A DNA stretch of 24,000 bases from Limnothrix redekei LRLZ20PSL1 (GTDB taxonomy: Bacteria; Cyanobacteriota; Cyanobacteriia; CACIAM-69d): positions 90,909 through 114,908 of the forward strand of contig NZ_JAZAQF010000042.1 of NCBI RefSeq assembly GCF_043235035.1. Direction: 5' to 3'. Of the stretch, positions 1 through 8,141 are shown one piece after another. The stretch's first letter is position 1. The number at the start of each line of letters is the position of its first letter. The notes beneath the pieces are model-generated. The model made no database searches. It had not been told where the DNA came from and worked only from the letters and a program-made list of their open reading frames with translations. The translations under genes and the position numbers were made by a program.

Positions 1-828
1 CCCGATCGTGGGGCGATCGCCCGTTTCCGCAATCACTGTATGGGCCGCCTGCTGCACTTCTAAGGCTCGGGCAAATTCCCCCAATTGCAGATAAACATTG
101 CCCAACTGCACCTGGGTTTTGGCCAGCCGTGAGCGATCGCCCAAGGCCTGGTACTGGTCGCGCGCCTGTTGCAACTGGGCGATCGCCTCGGGCCAATTGC
201 CCTGGTCGATCGCCGCCTGGGCCCGCGCCGTCAACGGGGCCCCCGGATCCTCAAACAGACAAACCGTAATCGGCCGAAACGGGCAGGCATGTTGCCGCAG
301 GGGGTTGCCCAACAAAATCAGCGATCGCAACCGGGCCAACCCCGGCTGCTGGGGCAGCGCCGTGATCTGATTGCGGGTCAGATCCAGCATTTCCAACTGG
401 TTCAGGTCTTTCAGGGGCGACAGATCCTGCACCTGATTGAACCCCAAAATTAATTGGCGCAAGGACGACATCCCCGCCAAGGGTCGCAAGTCCCGAATTT
501 GGTTCCCCGGCAGCGACAGGGCCCGCCAATGGTTGAAGGCGGCGATCGGTTGCAAATCCTGAATGTTTTGGTTGGACAAATCCAACATTGACAGGTCTGC
601 CAAGTTGCGCCAAGCCTGCTCACAATTCTGGGTTTTGGCCACCCGCAACAAGGCTCCCACCGTGTGCCGCGCCGCTGGATCCAGTCGATCGCGCTGCCGA
701 CACCAATCGGCAAAATTCACCAGTCCTTGGGACGATCGGGAGTCTTGGGCGATCGCCGGCTCGATCGCCATCCCCAGCCCGCAGCCCACCAGCACCACCA
801 GCAGTCTCAGCCGCCCTCGATCGCCCAT
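1..828 (-). CDS. Secreted leucine-rich-repeat plus TPR-like protein, partial (3' end runs off the left edge)
   Basis: Manual minus-strand translation from ATG at 828-826. It starts MGDRGRLRLLVVLVGCGLGMAIEPAIAQ (signal-peptide-like). About 22-aa LRR units follow (LSMLDLSNQNIQDLQPIAAF / WRALSLPGNQIRDLRPLAGM / LRQLILGFNQVQDLSPLKDL / LEMLDLTRNQITALP), then TPR-like AIDQGNWPEAIAQLQQARDQYQALGD...LGNVYLQLGEFARALE. The frame is open to base 1. It is absent from the ORF track because there is no stop in the window. Confidence 0.7.
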   Translation of the reverse strand, partial: MGDRGRLRLLVVLVGCGLGMAIEPAIAQDSRSSQGLVNFADWCRQRDRLDPAARHTVGALLRVAKTQNCEQAWRNLADLSMLDLSNQNIQDLQPIAAFNHWRALSLPGNQIRDLRPLAGMSSLRQLILGFNQVQDLSPLKDLNQLEMLDLTRNQITALPQQPGLARLRSLILLGNPLRQHACPFRPITVCLFEDPGAPLTARAQAAIDQGNWPEAIAQLQQARDQYQALGDRSRLAKTQVQLGNVYLQLGEFARALEVQQAAHTVIAETGDRPTIG

Positions 829-931
829 GGTGTTTTTCCCAAACCAGCGCTTCCAATCTAGATCGCTTCGTTGGGAACGCCATCCGGCAGGGTTTTGTTG
901 ATCGGTCAGCCTTTCAATAGGCAGAAAATTC

Positions 932-1807
932 TTAGAACCAGCAGCCCACCAGCATTCCGGCCAGGAGCACAAACCCGATCGTCACGTTTTCCGCAAACAT
1001 TTTGCTGTAGGCCGCGCGGGACAGTTGCCGATCGCTCAGACGCAGGTATTGCTGCACCCAGAGGCTGATCGCCCCGAACAAGGTGAACCAAAACCCAATG
1101 TTTAGCTCCAGGGCCAAGGCCGTGTAGGCCAACAATAGGGCCGTGCCCGCATAGAATCCCCCGATCGCCTGGGGAGCCAAATCGCCAAAGAAGAGGGCGC
1201 TGGAATGGATGCCCAGCCGGCGATCATCCTCCCGATCGGCCAAGGCATAAACCGTATCAAAGCCCAGCGTCCAGAGCACCACCGCGCCCCACAGCAACCA
1301 GGCCGGCAAGTCCAAACTGGGCGGGTCGATCGCCGCGCTCCAAGGAATTAGCACCGCAAACCCCCAGGCGATCGCCAGCACCAATTGCGGAACCGGAAAC
1401 ACCCGCTTGGCTGCGGGATAGAGCGCAATCACCGGCACAGCCGCCACGGAAAGCAGCACACTCAAGCCATTCAAAAAGGGCAACAGCCCGGCCGCACAGA
1501 GGGCCGCCACCAGCATCACCCCCACGCCCACTTTCACCGAGAGCGATCGGGCGGCCAGGGGCCGTTGTTTAGTGCGTTCCACCTTGGGGTCAATGTTGCG
1601 ATCCCACAGGTCATTCACCACGCAACCGGCGGCACTGGTGGTGATTGTGCCCACCACCACCACCAACACCAGCAAGGGATGGGGCCGGCCATCACTGGCC
1701 AACACCAAGGCCCACAGGGCCGGAATCAGCAGAATCAGCCGCCCCGCCGGTTTGTCCCAGCGCAGCAACCGCACGATCGCCCGCCCTGTTTGCTGAAGGT
1801 TGCCCAT
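932..1807 (-). CDS. ubiA: 4-hydroxybenzoate polyprenyl (solanesyl) transferase, UbiA family
   Basis: 291-aa ORF with ATG at 1807. It has the UbiA-type Asp-rich motif VNDLWDRNID and a second ALADREDD motif. It is polytopic and hydrophobic throughout. The N-terminus RLLRWDKPAGRLILLIPALW is typical of 4-HB prenyltransferases. Confidence 0.85.
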   Translation of the reverse strand: MGNLQQTGRAIVRLLRWDKPAGRLILLIPALWALVLASDGRPHPLLVLVVVVGTITTSAAGCVVNDLWDRNIDPKVERTKQRPLAARSLSVKVGVGVMLVAALCAAGLLPFLNGLSVLLSVAAVPVIALYPAAKRVFPVPQLVLAIAWGFAVLIPWSAAIDPPSLDLPAWLLWGAVVLWTLGFDTVYALADREDDRRLGIHSSALFFGDLAPQAIGGFYAGTALLLAYTALALELNIGFWFTLFGAISLWVQQYLRLSDRQLSRAAYSKMFAENVTIGFVLLAGMLVGCWF

Positions 1808-1831
1808 GGGTGAATGTGGGAATGGGTGCGT

Positions 1832-2086
1832 TTAGGCAATTTCGATCGAGTAGTTTTCGATGGTGGGGTTGGCCAACAGGCGATCGCACATTTCATCCAC
1901 TTGGCTGCGGGCCGCTTCTGGATCCGTCGCCGCCACGGTCAGCTCAATGTATTTGCCAATGCGGACAGAATCCACCCCTTCATAACCCAACTGCTTCAGG
2001 CCGGACTGCACCGCCACACCGGCCGGATCGAGCACAGAGGGACGCAGGGTAACGTGGATTTTGGCGCGATATTGCTGGGTACTCAC
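1832..2086 (-). CDS. purS: Phosphoribosylformylglycinamidine synthase subunit PurS
   Basis: YRAKIHVTLRPSVLDPAGVAVQSGLKQLGYEGVDSVRIGKYIELTV...ANPTIENYSIEI is PurS-like. The track ORF extends to a TTG at 2188 (118 aa). A GTG at 2086, preceded by GAGG about 11 nt upstream, gives the expected ~84 aa. The start is uncertain. Confidence 0.8.
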   Translation of the reverse strand: MSTQQYRAKIHVTLRPSVLDPAGVAVQSGLKQLGYEGVDSVRIGKYIELTVAATDPEAARSQVDEMCDRLLANPTIENYSIEIA

Positions 2087-2343
2087 GGGGCTAGAAACCT
2101 CTGGGATGGCGACGATCGAGTTGGGGGAACCAAGGGTGATGCTAACTTTTGGGTTGGGATTGAGCAACCACGGCAATCCAACGATCAAGACACTATCTTA
2201 AAGCGAGGGGGGCCGGTTCCAGCAGCTAGGCTGCGGGAGTTCCCTCGGGAGCCAGATTCCGCCAGGAACCGGCTGAAAAACCTGATTGAATAGGAAAAGA
2301 ACCACCCCGATCGAGCCAGCATTCTTCGGGGTCTGAGATCGCC

Positions 2344-2949
2344 ATGAAACGACCCCTGACCCGAAACCAAGAGCGTGTTTTGCAGGTGCTGCAAACCATT
2401 GAAGGCGAAATTTCCGCCCAAGCGCTCTACATCAAACTGCGCGATGTGGGGCAAGGCATGGGGCTAGCCACGGTTTATCGGGCTCTGGAAACCCTGAAGC
2501 TGAATGGGGCGGTGCAGGTACGGATGCTGGGCAGTGGTGAATCGCTCTACAGCTTTATCAAAAAAGATCGCCACCACTTAAACTGTATCCAATGTGGGCG
2601 ATCGCAACCGATTCATGAATGTCCCGTGCAGGATTTGACCCAGCGATTGAGTATGGAGCACCGGTTTCGGGTGTTTTATCACACGTTGGAGTTTTACGGC
2701 TTGTGCGATCGCTGTAGTGCGCGGGAGGAGGGAACGGGCGATCGGGGTCATGGCGATCCGGCCCATGGCGATCGCACCAATCACCAAGAGAATCACCCAG
2801 AAGGTCACCCAGAAAGTCACCCAGAACCAAACTTGCCCCAGGTGGATTGTGCCTGCCATCCCACTTCCTTGGCAGACCCATCTAGCCCGATGCACCTCAG
2901 TGCTTTGGGCGATCGCTTCGATCTGGGGGCCGGTCAAGGGGGGGTCTGA
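2344..2949 (+). CDS. Fur-family metalloregulator (Zur/FurB-like) with ~70-aa His-rich C-terminal extension
   Basis: ATG at 2344. Winged-helix region ATVYRALETL. Motifs DRHHLNCIQCG and FYGLCDRCS give two CxxC pairs typical of the Fur family. The ORF then continues: GHGDPAHGDRTNHQENHPEGHPESHPEP... Confidence 0.85.
   Translation: MKRPLTRNQERVLQVLQTIEGEISAQALYIKLRDVGQGMGLATVYRALETLKLNGAVQVRMLGSGESLYSFIKKDRHHLNCIQCGRSQPIHECPVQDLTQRLSMEHRFRVFYHTLEFYGLCDRCSAREEGTGDRGHGDPAHGDRTNHQENHPEGHPESHPEPNLPQVDCACHPTSLADPSSPMHLSALGDRFDLGAGQGGV
2791..2826 (+). repeat. In-frame 12-bp tandem repeat x3 (NNTCACCCAGAA) encoding (N/G/S)HPE units in the Fur tail
   Basis: aatcacccagaa ggtcacccagaa agtcacccagaa, read directly. 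An imperfect 15-bp duplication (catggcgatc core) lies just upstream at ~2745-2775. Confidence 0.9.
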
Positions 2950-3114
2950 ACGGATGTCTGAAAAGGACTTTTTGGCACAGGTCAAGCACTCATCGTCGTT
3001 GGGGCAAGGGGCTGAAGACCCTTGTTTTCGTGGATCGATCGGGCAAGTTGCAGGTCAGTAGACCTCTTTCACAAAAACCCCTTTCCTCCAGATCGGCCGA
3101 GCAACGATCATTTT

Positions 3115-3198
3115 GTAGGTTGGGTTGAGGCACGAAACCCAACAACAGCAAGGTTCGTAGTGATCAAGTTGGGTTTCGCAAAGCTCAACCCAACCTAC
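3115..3198. repeat. 84-bp nested palindromic element (MITE-like or structured repeat)
   Basis: Outer 15-bp perfect inverted repeat GTAGGTTGGGTTGAG (3115-3129) / CTCAACCCAACCTAC (3184-3198). Inner 11-bp inverted repeat CGAAACCCAAC (3133-3143) / GTTGGGTTTCG (3168-3178). Each arm can also self-fold through GTTGGGTT/AACCCAAC. It is intergenic. Confidence 0.8.
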
Positions 3199-3225
3199 CG
3201 GAGAACCAAGCATTTGAGCGTTTTG

Positions 3226-3259
3226 TCAGTCAATCAGTAATCTCAGTCAATCAGTAATC
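3226..3259. repeat. Perfect 17-bp tandem duplication (TCAGTCAATCAGTAATC x2)
   Basis: 3226-3242 and 3243-3259 are identical, read directly. Confidence 0.9.
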
Positions 3260-3349
3260 TTGGAAAGGGATTTAGGATCAGAGTCGTGATTGATGCAAGA
3301 GGTCTAGTTTTGGTCGTGGAGACAGCTTCTCGGGTCTAGATGCTCGGAA

Positions 3350-4288
3350 TTAATTTGATGCATTTTGGTCTAGGAAGGCCGTCAGCTCTCCGGCATTGGG
3401 CAGGGCGGATTGGGCCCCCGATCGGGTGGTTGTGAGCGCGCCCGCCGCCGCCGCCCGTCGCACGGCCACCGAGAGGGGTTGCCCCGCCACCAACGCCGCC
3501 GCCAGCGCTCCATTAAACCCATCACCCGCCGCCACAGAGTCGATTGCCCTGACCGGGAAGGCCGGTTGCCAAAAACAATCAGTCGGCCCAGCCACCCAAG
3601 CCCCTTGCTCGCCCAGGGTCACAATGACCCCCTTGGCTCCCAACTCCTGGAGCCTGGTGGCCGCGCGGGCCGCATCCTCGGGGGTTTGCACCGGGAAGCC
3701 CACCAGTTGGGCCGCTTCCGTGGCGTTGGGAGTGATCCAATCGATCGCGGCCCAAAGTTCCGGGGGGAGGTGCTCGGGAGCCGGGGCCGGATCCAAAAGA
3801 ACGATCGCCCCGGCCGCTTGACCCGCTTGGGCCGCAGCCACCACGGCTGCCAAGGGCACTTCCAGTTGCAATAACAGGGCGATCGGGCGCGGCGCACTGC
3901 CCAAGGAGCGCTGGAGGCGATCGACCTCAGCACCGCCCACCGCCTGGTTAGCCCCGGGCAGCACGATAATTTGGTTTTGGCCCAGGCCATCCACCGCAAT
4001 CCAGGCCTGGCCCGTGGGAGCCAAGGAGTCGATTGCCACCCGGCTGACATCAACCCCACTGGTTTGCAGATCTTGCAACAGGATTTCCCCGATCGCGTCT
4101 TCACCCACGCGGCCAATCAGAGCCGTGGCCACCCCCAACTTGGCCGCCGCAACGGCCTGATTCGCCCCTTTGCCGCCGCTGGCCTCCCCGATCGCCCCAG
4201 CCAAGACCGTTTCTCCCGGTTGTGGCAACTTGGCCACCGCCACCGTGCGATCGGCGTTGATGCTCCCCAAAACCCAAACCTGTGCCAT
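3350..4288 (-). CDS. rbsK: Ribokinase (PfkB family carbohydrate kinase)
   Basis: 312 aa, ATG at 4288. N-terminal VLGSINADRTV, GGKGANQAVAAAKLG and C-terminal DSVAAGDGFNGALA(A)AL match ribokinase/PfkB signatures. Confidence 0.85.
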   Translation of the reverse strand: MAQVWVLGSINADRTVAVAKLPQPGETVLAGAIGEASGGKGANQAVAAAKLGVATALIGRVGEDAIGEILLQDLQTSGVDVSRVAIDSLAPTGQAWIAVDGLGQNQIIVLPGANQAVGGAEVDRLQRSLGSAPRPIALLLQLEVPLAAVVAAAQAGQAAGAIVLLDPAPAPEHLPPELWAAIDWITPNATEAAQLVGFPVQTPEDAARAATRLQELGAKGVIVTLGEQGAWVAGPTDCFWQPAFPVRAIDSVAAGDGFNGALAAALVAGQPLSVAVRRAAAAGALTTTRSGAQSALPNAGELTAFLDQNASN

Positions 4289-4351
4289 AACCTGCCCCCC
4301 GATCGATAACAGGAAACTCCCGTGGGCGAATTCCCCTGATTTGGGGCCAGT

Positions 4352-5266
4352 TTACGGCTGGACTCGGGTTCCATACACATCCAACTCAACCGGCCCCGCC
4401 ACGACTCCAATGCCCATTGCTGTCCAAGCCGCTTGCATGGCTTCACCCACGGCCGCCGCCTTGTCTCGGTGGGCCAAGGCCAGCAGGGTTGGCCCCGCTC
4501 CGCTAATCACCAACTCATAGGCTCCCGCCTCGATCGCCGCCTGCCGTACCGCCTCAAAGCCGGGAATCAGGGTCATGCGATAGGGTTGGTGAATCCGATC
4601 CTGCATGGCGGTGGTCAGCCAATCGCCGCGCCCTTCGTTGATGCCCCGCAACAACAATCCCAAGTGAGCCGCATTGAAAATGGCATCGGCCCGGGAATAG
4701 CTGGGGGGCAACACGCTGCGAGCCGCTTCGGTGGATAGCTCAAAGTTGGGAACTGCGATCACCGGTTGAATCGAGGAATGCCAAGGCACTTCGCATTGGG
4801 TCCAAATCCCTTCGCGATCGGCCGCTAAGCGACAGCCCCCCAACAGGGCCGGCACGATGTTATCAGGATGGCCTTCCGTTTCGATCGCCAGGGCCAACAC
4901 CTGGGCCGGCGACAGCGCACCCCCTAACAAATAGTTTGCTCCGGCAATGCCCGCCGCGATCGCCGTGGCCGAGCTGCCCAATCCTCGGGCCAAGGGCACA
5001 CCCAAGCCAATCTCAATCCGCACCGGATAGGGCGTTTCCTGCGCCAGTTCAAACACCTTGGCATAGGAGCGGTAAACCAGGTTGGTTTCATCCCGCGAGA
5101 CGCGATCCGCCTCCGTGCCGTTGGGAATAATTTCTAAGCCCGACTCAATTCGGGTGAAGCGAAATTCGTTGTACAACGCCAACGAAGCCCCCAAGCAGTC
5201 GAAGCCGGGGCCCAAGTTGGCGGTGGTGGCAGGAACGGTGACGGTAACGGCGTTCAAGGAGGTCAT
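4352..5266 (-). CDS. thrB: Homoserine kinase
   Basis: [18 protein letters not shown] and [12 protein letters not shown] (GHMP kinase motifs). I place the start at ATG 5266 (MTSLNAVTV...). The track's 29 extra N-terminal residues (to 5353) overlap the 3' end of the upstream gene and look non-coding. Confidence 0.9.
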   Translation of the reverse strand: MTSLNAVTVTVPATTANLGPGFDCLGASLALYNEFRFTRIESGLEIIPNGTEADRVSRDETNLVYRSYAKVFELAQETPYPVRIEIGLGVPLARGLGSSATAIAAGIAGANYLLGGALSPAQVLALAIETEGHPDNIVPALLGGCRLAADREGIWTQCEVPWHSSIQPVIAVPNFELSTEAARSVLPPSYSRADAIFNAAHLGLLLRGINEGRGDWLTTAMQDRIHQPYRMTLIPGFEAVRQAAIEAGAYELVISGAGPTLLALAHRDKAAAVGEAMQAAWTAMGIGVVAGPVELDVYGTRVQP

Positions 5267-5334
5267 GGCTAAAGAATGGCAATCGGCGGGCGGCGATCGC
5301 GGCTGCGGTCGATCGCGCCCAGAGCCACTACACT

Positions 5335-5991
5335 TTACCGCCGGTTTAGCCACAGGGCCCGCAGCCCCGCCGCTGTGGCCCCTTGGTAGTCATCCTCCAA
5401 GCTGTCGCCAATGTGCCAAGCGGCCGCCGGTTCACAGCCATGCTGGGCCAGGGCCGCAACAAACACGGCGCGATCGGGCTTGGCGGCTCCCACCTCCGTC
5501 GAGAGGGTGAAACTCTTGAAATAGCGCGTCAAGTCCAACACATCCAACACGCGATAAAGCCGCGTATCAAAATTTGAGAGAATTCCCAGCTCAATGCCCA
5601 GCCGCTGCCACTTGGCTAAGGTGTCATGCACTTCTGGATACACATACCAAGGGGCCGCCGTGGCAAAGCGATCGTAAAGCGCTGCGAAATAGTCCGCGAA
5701 ATCCGGAATTTCGGAAAATAATTCCGCTTGCGTAAACGTTTGTTCTGCCAGACTTTCCCACCATTGATATTCCAGGTAGGGTAATTGATCGCGATCAACC
5801 CCTGGAAAAACACAAGGATCTGCCGCCTTAAAGCAATCGTAAAAGGCTTGATTCAAGGCTTGATCATCGAGTTGCAACCCAAAGAGTTGATTCGCCATTT
5901 GGGCATATTGCTGACCCACACTTTCCGCCACGCCAAATAGCGTTCCCACGGCATCGAGAAAAATCACTTGAGGATAGTTTTTTTGATTCAT
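5335..5991 (-). CDS. HAD-superfamily hydrolase (subfamily IA-like)
   Basis: [11 protein letters not shown] (DxxGT motif I), ILSNFD (motif II) and [13 protein letters not shown] (motif IV). The track start at 6000 is GTG. ATG at 5991 (MNQKNYPQ...) is more likely. Confidence 0.8.
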   Translation of the reverse strand: MNQKNYPQVIFLDAVGTLFGVAESVGQQYAQMANQLFGLQLDDQALNQAFYDCFKAADPCVFPGVDRDQLPYLEYQWWESLAEQTFTQAELFSEIPDFADYFAALYDRFATAAPWYVYPEVHDTLAKWQRLGIELGILSNFDTRLYRVLDVLDLTRYFKSFTLSTEVGAAKPDRAVFVAALAQHGCEPAAAWHIGDSLEDDYQGATAAGLRALWLNRR

Positions 5992-6028
5992 GAGCTGCAC
6001 AATATTTTGGATGAATTCTCATTCTAAA

Positions 6029-6118
6029 TTGTTCGATTGAGTATTATTTAATTGAGTGTTGTTTGATTAAATATTGTTTGATTGAGTATTGTTCGATTGG
6101 ACGCTGTTCGATCGCGCC
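6029..6118. repeat. Degenerate 15-bp tandem array, about 6 units (consensus TTGTTYGATTGAGTA)
   Basis: Units are ttgttcgattgagta / ttatttaattgagtg / ttgtttgattaaata / ttgtttgattgagta / ttgttcgattggacg / ctgttcgatcgcgcc. The array spans the stop codon of the lipid kinase gene (tail ...NSVQSNNTQSNNI) and runs into the intergenic region upstream of the HAD gene. Confidence 0.8.
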
Positions 6119-6999
6119 GCTGGCACAAAAACATTCAGTTGAGCGGGCAGCACTCGAAATTCAGCGGGCGTGGTGGTTGATAGTTCCCCATCAGTGTTGA
6201 TGGACTTGGGGCGACTGGTAATGATTTTTAGGGATGTGGCCTCGATCGTCCGCACATTCACACAATCATTGAGACGACCGGCGTGCATTGCAGGCAAAAG
6301 CGGCAACATTTGCCACCAATGGGCAATTTCCAGGCTGTATAAATCTAACCGTTGATCATCAATGGAAGCATCCCAAGCCACGCTTAAGCCGCCACCATAA
6401 TAGCGACCATTGCCCACCGCAATTTGCACCGTTTTGACCGTCAGCAGTTCACCATTCACTTCAATTTTTGCGGTAAAAGGACGCGATTTCCAAAGGGCTT
6501 GGATTGCAGTGATCGCGTAGGCAAACACACCCCATCGCTTTTTGATTTCACCGCTCAATTGGCGAGTGATGCTGACACTTAACCCCAGGCTGGCCACATT
6601 GAAAAAATAGCGATCGTTCACTTGCCCCACATCGATCGCCTTGGTTACCCCTTGGGCCACCACTGCGCAGGCCTGTTTCAAGTCTGCCGGAATTGCCAAC
6701 GTGCGCGCCAGGTCGTTGGCGGTTCCCAGGGGCAAAATGCCGAGGGGCAACCGGGTTTCGATCAAGGCTGGCAGGGCCGCATTCAGGGTTCCGTCACCGC
6801 CGCCAATAATCACACAATCGATCCGGCTGGCATATTGCCGAATCAGATCGCGAAAATCGCTCGATCGCTTGGTGCTGCGGAAAATTAGCTCGAACCCCAT
6901 TTCATCCAAAATGGCGATCGCCCGGCCGAGCAGTTGCCGCCCTCGGCGCGATTTGGAATTCACTAGCAGCAAGGCCCGCTGAGGAGCAACGGAGTCCAT
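6067..6999 (-). CDS. Lipid kinase, diacylglycerol-kinase catalytic domain family (YegS/BmrU-like)
   Basis: 310 aa, ATG at 6999. Motifs LLVNSKSRRG, VIIGGGDGTLN and LGILPLGTANDLAR are hallmarks of the DAGK catalytic domain. Confidence 0.8.
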   Translation of the reverse strand: MDSVAPQRALLLVNSKSRRGRQLLGRAIAILDEMGFELIFRSTKRSSDFRDLIRQYASRIDCVIIGGGDGTLNAALPALIETRLPLGILPLGTANDLARTLAIPADLKQACAVVAQGVTKAIDVGQVNDRYFFNVASLGLSVSITRQLSGEIKKRWGVFAYAITAIQALWKSRPFTAKIEVNGELLTVKTVQIAVGNGRYYGGGLSVAWDASIDDQRLDLYSLEIAHWWQMLPLLPAMHAGRLNDCVNVRTIEATSLKIITSRPKSINTDGELSTTTPAEFRVLPAQLNVFVPAARSNSVQSNNTQSNNI

Positions 7000-7024
7000 A
7001 ATGCACCCGCGATCTAAAAAGGAA

Positions 7025-7044
7025 AACGGTTTCTAACGGTTTCT
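7025..7044. repeat. 10-bp perfect tandem duplication (AACGGTTTCT x2) in a divergent promoter region
   Basis: 7025-7034 and 7035-7044 are identical. They lie between the kinase start (6999, minus) and the cupin start (7187, plus). Confidence 0.85.
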
Positions 7045-7186
7045 ATTGTGCCATTGCCGCCCCCACTGTTTGGACAGGGCGATCGCGATGGGGCATTCTT
7101 TGTGAAGCAAGGGCCGCTAAACTCCTAGGCTAAAACTGGAGAATCGATCGATTCACATCCCTTGCGCGATCGCGCCCAGCAACTCC

Positions 7187-7657
7187 ATGGAACCTAACCC
7201 GATTACGGCCAACAATGTGCCCGCCCAGCGTGGCCAAACCATCTATCCATCACCCTATGACGCGGTGGTTAAGGGTCGATTAAAGCGAAAATTGGGCGAT
7301 TACTTTCAATTGTCAAACTTTGGGGTGAATTTAACCGAACTTGCGCCCGGTTCCGCGTCGGCTCTTGCCCATTGTCACTCCAAACAAGATGAATTTATTT
7401 TTGTTTTGGCGGGAACGCTCACTCTCATTGTGGGCGATCGGGAATTTGAGTTGCATGCCGGTGATTGCTACGGCTTCAAGGCGGGAACTGGCATTGCCCA
7501 TCAACTGATCAATCGATCGCCTGAAGATGCGGTTTATTTGGAAGTGGGCGATCGCACGGCGGGCGATGAAGTGACTTATCCGAACGATGATTTAAAAGCT
7601 TGTCAACAAGTAGATGGCTCTTGGGCTATCTATCATCGAGATGGTCAACCCTATTGA
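7187..7657 (+). CDS. Cupin-domain protein
   Basis: 156 aa. HCHSKQDEFIFVLAGTLTL...HAGDCYGFKAGTGIAHQLIN fits the two-motif cupin beta-barrel pattern. The region contains HIP1, so it looks native. Confidence 0.7.
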   Translation: MEPNPITANNVPAQRGQTIYPSPYDAVVKGRLKRKLGDYFQLSNFGVNLTELAPGSASALAHCHSKQDEFIFVLAGTLTLIVGDREFELHAGDCYGFKAGTGIAHQLINRSPEDAVYLEVGDRTAGDEVTYPNDDLKACQQVDGSWAIYHRDGQPY

Positions 7658-7702
7658 GATCCCCTAAAATTTCAGGCGATCGACTCAATGAGGAAAAACT
7701 CA

Positions 7703-8062
7703 ATGCTGACTCAATCCCAGGCCCAGGAATTTGCGCAAGAGTGGGTGGCGGCTTGGAATAGCCACGACCTCGATCGCATTTTGAGCCACTACGAGGAAGA
7801 TGTGGTGTTGATTTCCCCGATCGCGGCTCGGCTCTTGGGTGACCCGACGGGAAGGGTACAAGGAAAAGCTGCCCTTCGTCGCTATTTCCAAAAGGGGTTG
7901 GAAGTCTATCCCAATCTCAAGTTTGAGCTGTTGGATGTGATGTGGGGTATTGAAAGTTTGGTGCTTTACTACATCAATCAACAGGGCACGCAGTCGGGTG
8001 AGTTGATGAAACTCAACAGCACGGGCAAGGTCTCCCAGGTGATCGCTCACTATAATAGTTAG
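7703..8062 (+). CDS. SnoaL-like / NTF2-fold protein
   Basis: AQEFAQEWVAAWNSHDLDRILSHYEEDVVLISP is a typical NTF2-like N-terminus. ATG 7703 has GAGGA about 9 nt upstream. The track start is ATG 7688. Confidence 0.6.
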   Translation: MLTQSQAQEFAQEWVAAWNSHDLDRILSHYEEDVVLISPIAARLLGDPTGRVQGKAALRRYFQKGLEVYPNLKFELLDVMWGIESLVLYYINQQGTQSGELMKLNSTGKVSQVIAHYNS

Positions 8063-8069
8063 GGAGTCC

Positions 8070-8107
8070 TGTTAGATCGGTCAGCCGCAGGCATGATCGA
8101 TCTAACA
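8070..8107 (+). terminator. Putative hairpin after the SnoaL-like gene, at the left edge of the AT-rich islet
   Basis: TGTTAGATCG (8070-8079) pairs with CGATCTAACA (8098-8107). That is a 10-bp perfect stem with an 18-nt loop. There is no U-tract, so terminator function is uncertain. Confidence 0.4.
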
Positions 8108-8141
8108 AGATCCATCAAATCATTGATTTTCATTACAGATC

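Noticed and set aside
3022-3240. 72-aa ORF in the gap between the Fur-family gene and rbsK
   Set aside because: It is simply a read-through of the nested palindromic element (VGWVEARNPT...LGFAKLNPTY). There is no Shine-Dalgarno sequence and the composition is not protein-like.
3059-3306. 10-bp perfect inverted repeat TAGACCTCTT (3059-3068) / AAGAGGTCTA (3297-3306) as terminal inverted repeats of a ~250-bp MITE enclosing the palindromic element
   Set aside because: There is no flanking target-site duplication and the match does not extend beyond 10 bp. Chance occurrence at this spacing is not negligible (a few percent by rough estimate). It is only worth a BLASTN copy-number check.
3396-4116. 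Long antisense or alternate-frame ORFs inside GC-rich genes (for example 3396-3821, 3410-3874, 3619-4116; likewise 169-901, 1385-2052, 10412-10860, 15905-16747 and 21571-23850)
   Set aside because: They have Arg/Pro/Gly/Ala-rich compositions typical of off-frame reads of high-GC coding DNA. Each overlaps a gene that has clear family motifs.
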